Shown in pieces: positions 24,441-39,000 of a stretch of DNA of 64,000 nt. The number at the start of each line of letters is the position of its first letter. Position 1 is the first letter of the stretch. Origin of the DNA: Spirogloea muscicola (Eukaryota); assembly GCA_009602725.1 (NCBI GenBank), contig WELB01000024.1, forward strand, positions 382,120 through 446,119, in the 5' to 3' direction. Position numbers and translations under genes: made by a program. Below the pieces are notes generated by a model, which was not told the DNA's origin, searched no databases, and saw only the letters and a list, made by a program, of their open reading frames with translations.

Positions 24441-26333
24441 CTAGTGACTTCTAGTGACTGCTTGGTCAAATTGCTCAAGACGCATTGTCCAGCTCCACGG
24501 CAGGCTGCCTTGACATGGTAGGCTGCTAGCAACTCCCACTAGGCTCTGGTCTAAGCTCGTTGACGACCTGCAACAGATTCGCACCAAACAGACTTGAGCT
24601 TCAGCAGAGAAAGTACCTTGACTAAGATCGGAAAGCAGGGCAACTTCATATCCAGCACGTTGCTGCAGTGTCACACTGTAACCTTTTTCAGGATTGTCCA
24701 AGTATCTGTGACATGTCTTAACTTGGGCAGTCAGACTCAAGCGTGTCCGAAGCAGAGCACGGACATATATTGTGTCTTTCATACAAAGGGTTTTCTTGAC
24801 ACAGACGAAGCAGAAGACTGGAAGCCACACCTTCATGGTTAGAAGGATCAGCTGACTGATCTGTATCCATTGAGGGGCAATGACTTTCTTTTCTGCCACA
24901 GCGCCTCCAGACGCTCCACCAGTAGCAAGCGCTCTGTCGAATTTTACAAGGCTCTGCACACGAAGGTGCAAGGCGAAGTCTGTACTTGAAGTTTCTGGAC
25001 ACTGTACATTGAGAGGGTTAGCAATCATTCTGGGGTGACAGGATGTGAAATGCTGCAGATATGCAGATGAGTCCTGTTCAGGGGAGGACCAACCTGGTCT
25101 TCTTCTGTCCTTTGACCCTCCAGCACTCTCTGCATTTGCATCGTGGTAGCAGAGTCAATGACCTAAGAGTCTGTTTACGGACAGCAGAGTAGATCTGGCC
25201 ACATCACCAGTCCAGCAGCAGTCAAAAGTGCTCGCACAGCAAGCATGACGAAAATTTGGAGACTCACGTGGACAATGTTGACTAACCACTGGCTGTCAGT
25301 AGCAGGTTCCTGAGCCGCTTCATTGTCAGCAACTTTGGCCATCTGCAGAGTGGCGTATACCTGAAGCTCACCAAAACACCAGTAAAGGATCAGGCCGCGA
25401 GCAAGGACATAATGCAAGCAGCATCACCTATCTGCTTATTGACAAGCTCACTGCCATGAAAGTGCTGCCTCCACAACCAAAACAGATGCTTTTGGTGTGG
25501 TGTGCACATCAATGGCCCCATAGAGGACTGTAAGGCAAATGCTGGAGGAACTCCTCACTCACAGTGTCCAGCCATTGGTCGCGGTACTGCTCCTCGGAAG
25601 CTGTCAAGCGGTAGCCGGCTGTGGACAAGCGGAACTCGCTACTCCCGTCAGCACCATACTGAACCCTGAGGCAAGCATCAGAAAACCATCAGCGCACAAG
25701 CATTGTCCTTTACCTGCAAGACGTTATCTAAGAAGAGCGGACCGGCCAGCTGCTACAAGGCGGACGATCAAGCTGCATGATGCAGCAGGCCTTACAAAAG
25801 GGCAGCCCAAAGCTGCACACAATGACAGGTAACCATGTCAAATGAATGTGGGAACTTCTAGCTGGTACATACGCTGAGCTGTAGCCTGAGCTTATCACGC
25901 GTGTAACTGCAAAGGAAAGCCTTAACCGCCGCCGTGACGAAGTCCTGGAGGGCCTTCGCCGCCGGCCGGCCTCTGTTCTCTACACACAGCTGCCAGACCA
26001 GACCCTCCATTTAATCAGTAGCAGGGCAACCATGGCAGAAGGGATCAGCTGCCTTTGAGTGCGACGTGGGGCGCACGGTGGGGTCGTCATACGCCTTGTG
26101 GCCAGCCCATAGCGAGTAGGAGCGAGCTAAAGAGGCCAAGACAAGACGAGGAAAGCGAAGGGTAAGTTATGCTTCACCTCGTGGAAGGCGTACTCGAGCT
26201 CAGCACAGAGCTGCAGCAGGGGCTGGCGCAGCTCGGGGGCCGGCCCACGGGCCCGGCCGTCGTCGACGGCTCGCAAGCGCAGGCTCCGCGCGGGAGCCCC
26301 TGCCCGGCCGCCGCCAGGCCCGGCGCCGCGACG
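24441..26333 (-). CDS. Uncharacterised multi-exon protein, possibly plastid-targeted, 5' end in gap
   Basis: Coding-like exons bounded by AG/GT: LLQLCAELEYAFHE, KALQDFVTAAVKAFLCSYTRDKLRLQLS, VQYGADGSSEFRLSTAGYRLTASEEQYRDQWLDT, VYATLQMAKV, SLVKFDRAL...ISQLILLTMK. 3' end uncertain. Confidence 0.45.
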
Positions 26334-26771
26334 NNNNNNNNNNNNNNNNNNNNNNNNNNNNNNNNNNNNNNNNNNNNNNNNNNNNNNNNNNNNNNNNNNN
26401 NNNNNNNNNNNNNNNNNNNNNNNNNNNNNNNNNNNNNNNNNNNNNNNNNNNNNNNNNNNNNNNNNNNNNNNNNNNNNNNNNNNNNNNNNNNNNNNNNNNN
26501 NNNNNNNNNNNNNNNNNNNNNNNNNNNNNNNNNNNNNNNNNNNNNNNNNNNNNNNNNNNNNNNNNNNNNNNNNNNNNNNNNNNNNNNNNNNNNNNNNNNN
26601 NNNNNNNNNNNNNNNNNNNNNNNNNNNNNNNNNNNNNNNNNNNNNNNNNNNNNNNNNNNNNNNNNNNNNNNNNNNNNNNNNNNNNNNNNNNNNNNNNNNN
26701 NNNNNNNNNNNNNNNNNNNNNNNNNNNNNNNNNNNNNNNNNNNNNNNNNNNNNNNNNNNNNNNNNNNNNNN

Positions 26772-30205
<3,434 letters not shown>

Positions 30206-30722
30206 GATCAGATGCCTCGCAAGGCAATTGGAGTGAAGTTGCATAATAGAGTGGGATGACTTCTCTGCAGGCAGACTGCAGGCCAACTCATACCCAGCAG
30301 TCACTTCCTCTTGACCCGCCTGTGCAACACCCTACGATATTTTCCACATCATTTACTCCTCAATCACAAATTCCAGAGCTGGAGCTTACATGGCAGAGGG
30401 CACCTTAGTCTTCAGTTGATACCAGGCGCCGCAGGGCTTCGTGCAACAATCAATTGTCAAGGTGGGCAGAAAGAAAGCGCGGGCAGAAGGAACGATGCAG
30501 ATGCCACACCTTGGCGTTCAATGTAATTCAACACACTCACCTCTCAGTATGAGGCATTATCTATTTGTAGCAATATAACAAGCACAGACCAGTACTGCCA
30601 CTCGCCATGGTATGACAAGCTGCTGCAGTACTTCAGCGGCAGGTTGCACCGCGGAAGCAGTGGCCCTCATTGTCGAGCAGGAGACAGCTGCTACTGGGCC
30701 TTGGATGTGTAGGGGCCTTTCC

Positions 30723-33700
30723 TTAAAAGGACAGCAACTTCATGATGGTCTCATACACAGCAAATGTGATGGACGAATTGGGCAGCACTCTCAATATGGT
30801 GGGCACCATTCCTTTGTAGAAGCCTCGGATGCCCTCATATCTGTGTGAATGGGTAGACTCAAAATACGAATCGTCAGCTTCTTCTTGGCAGTGACGAATT
30901 GAATGTAGTATCTAACTTAAAGATTTGCTCAACAAACAGTGAGCAAGGTAGCTCAGAAATGGCATGAGGTAAGGTGGTGAGGACACCTGTAAATGAGAGC
31001 AAGGGCTTGCCCAGTGCTCTTGTATCTGGTAGTGCCATCCTTACCTGGCCGTTGCTGCACAACCATACAAAGATTAGTCAACCAGCAGCAAGAGCTGCCG
31101 TACAATCATGGGCGAGGTATAACTCCGCTCAGTAGAGCATCATTGCAGGTGCAAGAGTTAGTCCAAGTCAAAGTGATTTCTTTCACTTTCACAACATGGC
31201 AAAGAGGATGCAGATACTCAAGCAATGATGATAAGTTGAGGGTCAGGAGACACAAGACACACTCGAGCATTGATAATAAGTTGAGGGTCAGGAGACACAA
31301 GACACACCTGCAGCCGGGATCTGACAACCTGAAGAAAAGCAAAAGTTCATGGCTTAAGGTCAAGGCTCAATCTGATTGCAAACTTGGTCACATCAACGCA
31401 CGATCACAGTCCACGAGCAATCATACCCACTGTCCAAAAGGCTGCAGTAATAGAGTGGCTGAGGAAACACAGAAGCTGTACTGTGCTCACGCTGCAATGT
31501 GAGGGGGGCACATTGCTGTACAACTAGTTTCAAGACGTGTTTGCGCATATACCCCACTGCCGTACCTGATATGGGTATGTACACAAGACTGCAACAAGCT
31601 TGGAGATGGCACCTAGAGCAGCATAGTCCAACGCCCCCTAGAGATCGCATCGCACACCAGTAAGAACTACTAGGTACCAAAAGGCAGTGCCAACAAAGGG
31701 TGAGAATTTGGGCGCAGAGAAAACAGGAGTGAGCGATTACTAGTACAGCAGCAGCGAAGCAAGGCCTCGCCACCAATGTGCAAGTGGCTTCACCAAGGGT
31801 CCTCGTGAAGTGCTGTCACTTGACTTGTCTCCATGTGAGCGCCAGCGAACAGCAAGCTTGCGGCTCTCCTCATAGGCCTTAAATTGGATCGACCCATGTG
31901 ATACCTATTGACCAATTGACCAACTCGCCTCCATTGTTCAGGTCTGACAGACGAGCCATATTATATAATACATCGGGATGTGGTTCACGGGCTACCGACC
32001 GAGCTTGAGATGCAGAGGCATAGAGGACTCTGCCGCAGGTACTGCCCATACACCTTGTCTCGGAGATAGTCAAGGACCAGACTATGCCGTAGTGCAGTGA
32101 CTGCATGTCTGAGGGCTCTGTTTGACTTACCAGAATAAGAGAAGGGCCAAGACCTTTGTACAACCCTCGGAAGCCTTCCTCTTGGAACACCCTCACAGCT
32201 GCATCTGAAGATCTTATAAAGCACAGAAAATGCAGGGTAAAAGGTGGAGGCTGTTCAACGGTGAAGGTGATGTCTGCATTAGTACTAGAAACATGGCCAC
32301 TTATTAAGAAAGGCTTGCAGAACAATCAAGCAAGTCGGAGAGGAATCCAACATAGAATGCAAGACTTTCTGAAGATATCCTGCATTGTCAGTCAGACTCA
32401 ATAGAACTGAGAAGCCCTCAACTTATAATTTTATGATCTTATGAAATAGATCTCTGTGCTTGCTTGGCTTCATATGAGCAGGATCAATCATCTGGCAGAG
32501 CGATCACCTGCTCAAGAAAGGTAATAGGTGGCTGTGCAATACTTCAATATTGCACTCAGCTCCAGATTGGAATTGTGCTCACCATGGAAGCCCTTGTATG
32601 GCTTTCCCGCCGCTCGCAAGGCACCTTTCTGGTTCTGCAGCTGCAACCTGGTCTTGATGAGCCACACTGGGTTTGTAAGGAGGCACACCTGCGCACAAAA
32701 TTGCATATAGAGATCAGATTTGATAAAGAAGGTGAGACACAGGAGTTTGAAGCCCAGATCTCCAATTGGTGTCACCACCCTGTTCTCCGTTCTTGCCATC
32801 CTGGCTAATAGACCTGCTGGCATCTGCATGCAGTTCAGCTTGGCTAGCCATGCTTGACCCATGTGCAACCTGACAGCAAGCAAGACGACTTCCAAGTGAG
32901 ACCAAACCAGCATTCCACCTTTACCAGGGTGCCAGCTTCTGCAGCAGCCAAAAGGTGCAGAGCTGGGCCAAGTTCAGGTTTCTTTGTCACATGTTGCAGC
33001 TGCTGCTTGGCCCTGTTATACCTGTGGTGCCAGAAACCTGGCAAGCCTTTACGCCCAAGCCAAATTTTTCTAAAAGAACCTCCTGTGCCCTCAGAATTAG
33101 AGGGACATGCTGTGCAGCAACTTCAACGGGTGGAACACAGCATTTCAGTACTCGGATTAAGCGCTCTTTAGTGAAGCAACACATCTTCAAGGTCAACTAC
33201 GATTGGACAACGACAACAGTTGAGCTCCCAGACGATTTGGTCACGCCAGTAGCACCACTATAGCTCCTTGTTGGGCTCACAGAAAGAAGTAGAGGCCCCA
33301 GGAAACCGTAGAGCCGAGCATTGCCGGGTAGAGGCCAGCATAGAGGCCCCTCAATCCCTGCGCTGGAACAGGTTGGTGGAAACTTGTGAATGGGGACTTC
33401 TTCCATGCTCAGCCAGCAGCGTGCCCAAGTGGGCCAAGGTGCTGCTGCACAGGCGTGCGACCAAGACAATCCTAACACATGAATGCAGACTCACCAAGTA
33501 GCAAAATCAGCGACACACTAACATGATCTTAGTGTCACTTTGACATGAATCTGAAGATCACAGGTCAGGTGTTCCTTGCTAAGGTTGAGATTGTAGGTCC
33601 GAGCTTTGACAAGGGTGAGCAGCAATCTGCTGACTGTATGTAGGACTGAGTGACAATAAAAGGCGTGCACCAGCACTAGCAATCTGTCATGTCCAAAAGA

Positions 33701-34297
33701 TTGCGAGCTGCAAGCACAGCAGCCTCTGGACTGAGTGCACAGGTACAGGGTGTCAAGGGTCACGGCCAAGGCACCTCTGTCCTGGCAACGCTGCTGAGGG
33801 CGTGCCACGTCCCGCTGTATCTTGGAAGGTGCCCACTATGGCCGTCGTGCACTGCAACAGGTCCTTCAGAGCTGGCTCAGAATCGGCGTCCAGTGCCCGG
33901 CAGACCTACCCTTGTTGTCGCAAGCAGGGGCTCTTGGGCCGCCGGCAGTGTAACCATGACAGGGTGACGGTGTAAATGACCGCTGGAGAATGTTAAGCGT
34001 GGCAGGTGATCCAGTCATTATTTGATGAGATTCCTTGTCGCCCATTTAAAGTGGTTGTTCAAGTAAGCCACCTTGCAGCCGTGTGCGGACGACGTCGAGT
34101 GGGTGGAGCACGGCAACTGTGGCCAAGCCAGACAGCGCACCGGCGAGGCCACTCCGCCATGCAGGCGCCGCGGCTGGCGGAGGAGCCTGCTCCGACTTGG
34201 GTCTGCCTACGTCGCCGCCACGTTCGTTGCACTGGCCGTCGGGTGCAGCTCGCACATGGCGCTCAGCTATCGAGCAGCTGGGAGCATCTTGGGTCAT
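30723..34297 (-). CDS. FOLT1: Mitochondrial carrier family folate/FAD transporter (FOLT1/SLC25A32-like)
   Basis: MCF motifs HPLDVVRTRLQ and NPVWLIKTRLQLQ, plus GLYAGLYPAMLGSTVSWGLYFF, HLLAAAEAG, VSHGSIQFKAYEE and SITFAVYE. Start at 34297 is tentative. Confidence 0.85.
31216..31305. repeat. Tandem duplication, 2 x 45 bp, in a FOLT1 intron
   Basis: actc(a/g)agca(a/t)tgat(g/a)ataagttgagggtcaggagacacaagacac at 31216-31260 and 31261-31305. Confidence 0.9.
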
Positions 34298-34599
34298 CAC
34301 AGGCACCGCCGTCGCCGTCGGCGGCAGCCTCCGACGAGGACTTGGGCGATCCGGCGAGCCTTCACATCCTGCTGCAGCACTCTGACGACTACGCCGCTGC
34401 CACGGCCGCCTTCAAGTCAGCTGCGCCTTCTCTGTCATGCCAGGGCACTGGCCACTGAGCTAACGTAGGGCGACTGTGCAGAGACCAGTTGTCTGCAGCC
34501 TGTCAACCAGGCCTCCCTTCTCCAGGAGCCCAGCATCTCTGATCTGCGGCTGCTTAGTTACTGAGTGTCTCGTAGCTGCTTTGTTTCTGTTACTTAGCG

Positions 34600-35245
34600 C
34601 TTCCCCTGGCCCCCTTCTCGTACTCTGTTCATTCTTTTTCGGGCTGGTTGTTCCAGCCCCTATTCTCAATGGGCGAGCACTTTCTTCTTCTCTGAGTGCT
34701 AAGTGCTAGTGAGGCGCTTCTCAAGTCAAGGGCAAGACCCTATGCAGAGCGGCGGGCACAGGCTGCGCAGGGAGATATGTCCTTGCGCGCATTAAGCCAG
34801 GCCACTGGCTTGCAGAAAGGAGCTCCGGAGTTCCAGGTAAGGCAGGTATGTATGTGCTCACTTGTGTGGATATTTAGAGATCCCCTTATGTCGGTTAATT
34901 ATGTAAGCCCCTGTTGGATTTTTCTATGTTCTTCTCACGCAGTGTACTGGCTAGCTTTAGCGTCCCTCTCAATTCATGCGCACCGCGCGCCTAATATCTC
35001 TGTACTTCGGACTTCGTCCATTTTTCGGGTTGGCCTTCCTTGCCCCCTTTGGAAGAGCTTACTCAGGTAGACGTACCTCCTTCCACAGAGGAGGTGAGCT
35101 CTTCCAGCACCTCTTTCTTTGGCTTTGGACAATGTCCATTCTGTTTGAGCTGGCTTTGCCAGCCCTTCTTCTCTATGGGCGAGCACTTCTTGTCTTCCGG
35201 AGAGGGCGGCGGCTGAGAAGGGCCAGCCCAAAGGAAAGCAACAGC
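34600..35245. mobile_element. Cluster of retroelement 3'-end remnants upstream of FOLT1
   Basis: Hairpin units at 34600-34692 (+), 34940-34992 (+, CATGCGCACCGCGCGCC type), 35005-35058 (+), 35100-35197 (+) and 35197-35245 (-). Confidence 0.7.
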
Positions 35246-36045
35246 TCTTTACTAGAAGGCAGGAATCGACAAGTCTGCAAGGAAGCCCCAACAGGAGAGA
35301 CGAACCCGTCAGTAAAGCGAAAGCAATCTTAAAAAAAAGAAAAGCGAGAGCCCGGTACAGAAAGATTTCGTGTATAAGGTACAGAGAGCCGCCCACAAGC
35401 GTTGGGCGAGTACGTCCAGCGGACTGGTTGTTCCAAGCACACCAAGTCATCTGTGATTTATCTGAACTAGTTGCAGTCATTGAGTCACCGTAACAAGCTC
35501 AGAGGCGACAGCCAAGCGAGCGAGATTACATTTTTGTCGTCCTCCACAAAGGCCATAACATACATGGTTTCCTACCTCTTCACCTGTTGACTTATATCCT
35601 GATGGAGCCCTCAACATCTTGATAATCATCTTCTTAGCGCATAGAGTAGCACCGCTTGCCAAAAACCCCACCCAATACTGCAAATGGCGATGGCGGGAAC
35701 AAAGCTGTGTGCTTGCTGACAATTTTGTCTGCAGGCTCTGTAAGTTTGGTCCTTGATACCAGACATCTCATGCTTGTAGTAATGCTCTTGACTGGCTTGA
35801 CTGAAAATATTACACCAGTGTGCATGTGTTACTCCCGTTTGCAACGCCTGGTCGTCTTGCTTCTCAAGCAGCGGCACGGGTACTTTGGAAGGTCCGAAAT
35901 ACGGTATGCTAACGGGGGATACTCCCATTCGGATCTCCCTACAAAGGCGGCTACACCGGGAAGGTCTGGTGAAGTGAGAAGCTCTTCACTCAAGAGTGAG
36001 CTAGTGCTCAATTAACAGATGGACAGCATATCTGCTGTGACAATA

Positions 36046-39000
36046 CTAGATGTACATATGGAGCTCTGGTCGGCTGTAAGTGTTGCTCCCCTCATCCTCC
36101 AGGACTGGGTAGGCAGCAACAAGGCCATCCTGCGATCCTATGTAAAGCGAGTTGTAAATCTTCCAGTATACCTCCCGCACCTTCCTCGCCGGGTGGAAAA
36201 GTCCCTGTCATTGAGTTTACAGACCGTGGAGCCTAGGTCAGTTGTGCAGCTCCAAGCAGTTTAGTCAGGGTGTACATGCCATCCAGATTGACTTTACGAA
36301 GTCTCAGGGAGGCACCTAGCACAGGACTTGGATTGAGAGCTTACCTGGAGACAGTATGAAAGTATGACTGCGGGGCCAAGGGCTACTCGCATCCCCTCAA
36401 TGGCTTCCATCACAGCATTGATGACATGGGGCGAAGTCTCGAAGATGTTTGGCCAGACAAAATTGAGCAGATGGACCTGCGCACCATTAACTCACATGCA
36501 GAATGAGGCATCACCCCTCAAGTAGAAGGAATATAAGTGGGATGCATCACATTGGCTTCACTTGATTTGGACACTTGAGGTGCCTTGTTTACAAATGTGG
36601 TAACACAGAAGCTTCAGCTCCTCAGACTGCTCACCAATGCATCTTCGCAGCCAAGTCCAGCCACGCCCAGCGCCATGTGCTTCACAGCGGAAGCTGCAGT
36701 CTGAGGCACATAAGTGTCACACCAAGCTGTGTCAGTACTCCACTTTCCCATTCACTAGACTGCACAAATATTCTGGCAAAATCTCATACAGCAGAGCTTA
36801 CACAAGAAGCACATTCAGTCCTCAAAATTGGCTACTACTTTGCTGGTCAGGCTGACCACAAAAGCAGCAGTAATAAGAAGGCTCCCTTCCTTGCACGATA
36901 TCTAATACAATCCCAGAAAACATGAGCAACGGTATGGAGCCAAGAATACCTGTCTATGCACTAAGTCGCGATCCATCAGGGCGTCTTCAAGAAGTGGAGT
37001 CACTGCATAAATGTAGTCCTTGCCCATTTCACCAATGTACTCAAAGAGGAAGGATAAGGACTTGAGAACACCATTCTGTACATTAAGCTCAGGTACCCGG
37101 TATCTGACGCACAAGCACATACCAAAGTTAGAAGTTGGCTGAGGTATATACCATTTTAGCATCCCCTCTTTTGCTGACAGAAGATCTCAGCTTGCGAAAG
37201 GAATAAGCCCTGGCGTAACAATGCCCTCAAGCAGAACAGAGGGTGGCACCAGCAACATTGAGCTACGTAATAGCTAAAGCATGACAGGAATACATATGAC
37301 AAACACAGTCTCAAAAAGAGTAAGTACTTCTACAATAACAAGGACAAGCTACATACTCATTCATCAAAGCTGGCAGCACAGTGAAAGGTGAACAAGTTTC
37401 AGCCACAATAGCAATAGCCACCGTTGTGCAGACCCTGTTTTGCCTCTCCTGGACCTTCAGATTGTTCAGCAGCGTGGCAAGTACATCTTGAGGGCCAATA
37501 GCCTTGGCAATGTAGCCAAATGTATTCACTGTAGCTCGTCTGATGCCTTTCTTGTGGGCCTGTTACACGCAGATAGACATTGCTCAATTGCAGATTACCA
37601 CTGCTTGCGCAGAGAAACAGAGAGTCTATATCGTAAGGCTAGCAGTCAACATAAGAAGGGTAATGAAGGAGCACCACGATACACAGACTGCTTGCGGTCA
37701 ACCTGAGCGAGAAGGTGAAGCAAGCCAATTTGAGACTTGAGCCACTCACCTTCAACATCTCAAGAAGCTCAAAGCAAATGCGCATCCACTCACGAGCTGG
37801 TACAAACTCAGCACCTCTGTCAGCTATCCGCCCAACGAGATCAATGCAATTTTCTTGGACCTTCTCGTGCCTGTTCTTAAGGATTGGCGTAAGCCTGGGC
37901 AGAAGATCCTTGATAGGAGGTGTCATCTTCGTCATTCCAATAACATTCACAATGGCTTTCAGAGCCCCTAGGATGGACCCAAGCACCTCAGGATACTCTG
38001 GAGGACAATCCAATACCACCAAATACTTGTTAGCTCTCTGCGATTGATGCTTTTGGAGTCCTGCCCATCCACCCTACAGCTCAAACCCTGCCCTCCCACC
38101 ACCGCACATTCTTGAATGAGCAGTAAGAAGCTCGTCTAAGCTTAGCCGATGAGCCGATAAGCCTGAATCGCTTAGCAATGTGATGAAACCTGATAAGCAC
38201 ATGGAAGACTCACCTTCACCAAGGTACTCATAGAGCACAACACCCAGATGGCCCATCAGCTGCTCCTCATGGCATGCTTTCATTACTACAGCGATTCTAG
38301 CAATCAGGTCAGCAGCCTGTTGCCTGACTTTGGCACTTTTGTTATTCAGCCTCCACTTGATGGTTCCACAAATCTGAGGTAGATATGGTTTTACCCTTTG
38401 GCCTAGGGCATTCACAACTGTACCAAATCCATTGAGCATGACATTTGCATCATCACTAGTCTGTGACAGCATACAGCACACAGTAGAGAGTTAGTCTCTC
38501 ACCAACCTCTACACCAACCTCTACACAATGATGCATGTTCAATCTCAAAAACCTCCAACAAGTATACAAGCAACTGCAAGAAGAGGCAACAACAGGCAAT
38601 AATGTATGAGCAAGTGAAGCTGACCTGCTCTTGGAATGCATACAGGATGCCATCAATGAGGAGCTCCTCCAGGCGGGCATCGATATCTGAAGCACCCAGA
38701 TTTGTCACAACCTTTTCAACTGTCTCCATGACCATCCGCCTGTACGGTTCGCTCTCATCTTTTAAGTCCTCCACCACTCGTCCTACAATGTCTGACACAC
38801 CAACCTGCAAAACACTAGCAGACAACAATGGCTTACTCAGCAATGCAGACCGCAAAAGGTGCAGAAAGATTAACAAGCCCCCATACAAGCTACTTTCGCA
38901 GCCCTTCATATGCCCCAGATAGACACATGTGATACACAGGCCTAACAAACAGGTCTGCCAGATGATTGGTGTACTCAAAGTGCATGCGAGCTTGCTTCAC

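Noticed and set aside
34159..35980. Possible plus-strand gene between FOLT1 and SF3B1 (HILLQHSDDYAAATAAFK; SLRALSQATGLQKGAPEFQ; CACVTPVCNAWSSCF...)
   Set aside because: Exon-like pieces could not be joined into a supported model. They overlap the FOLT1 start and are interrupted by retroelement remnants. RNA-seq is needed.
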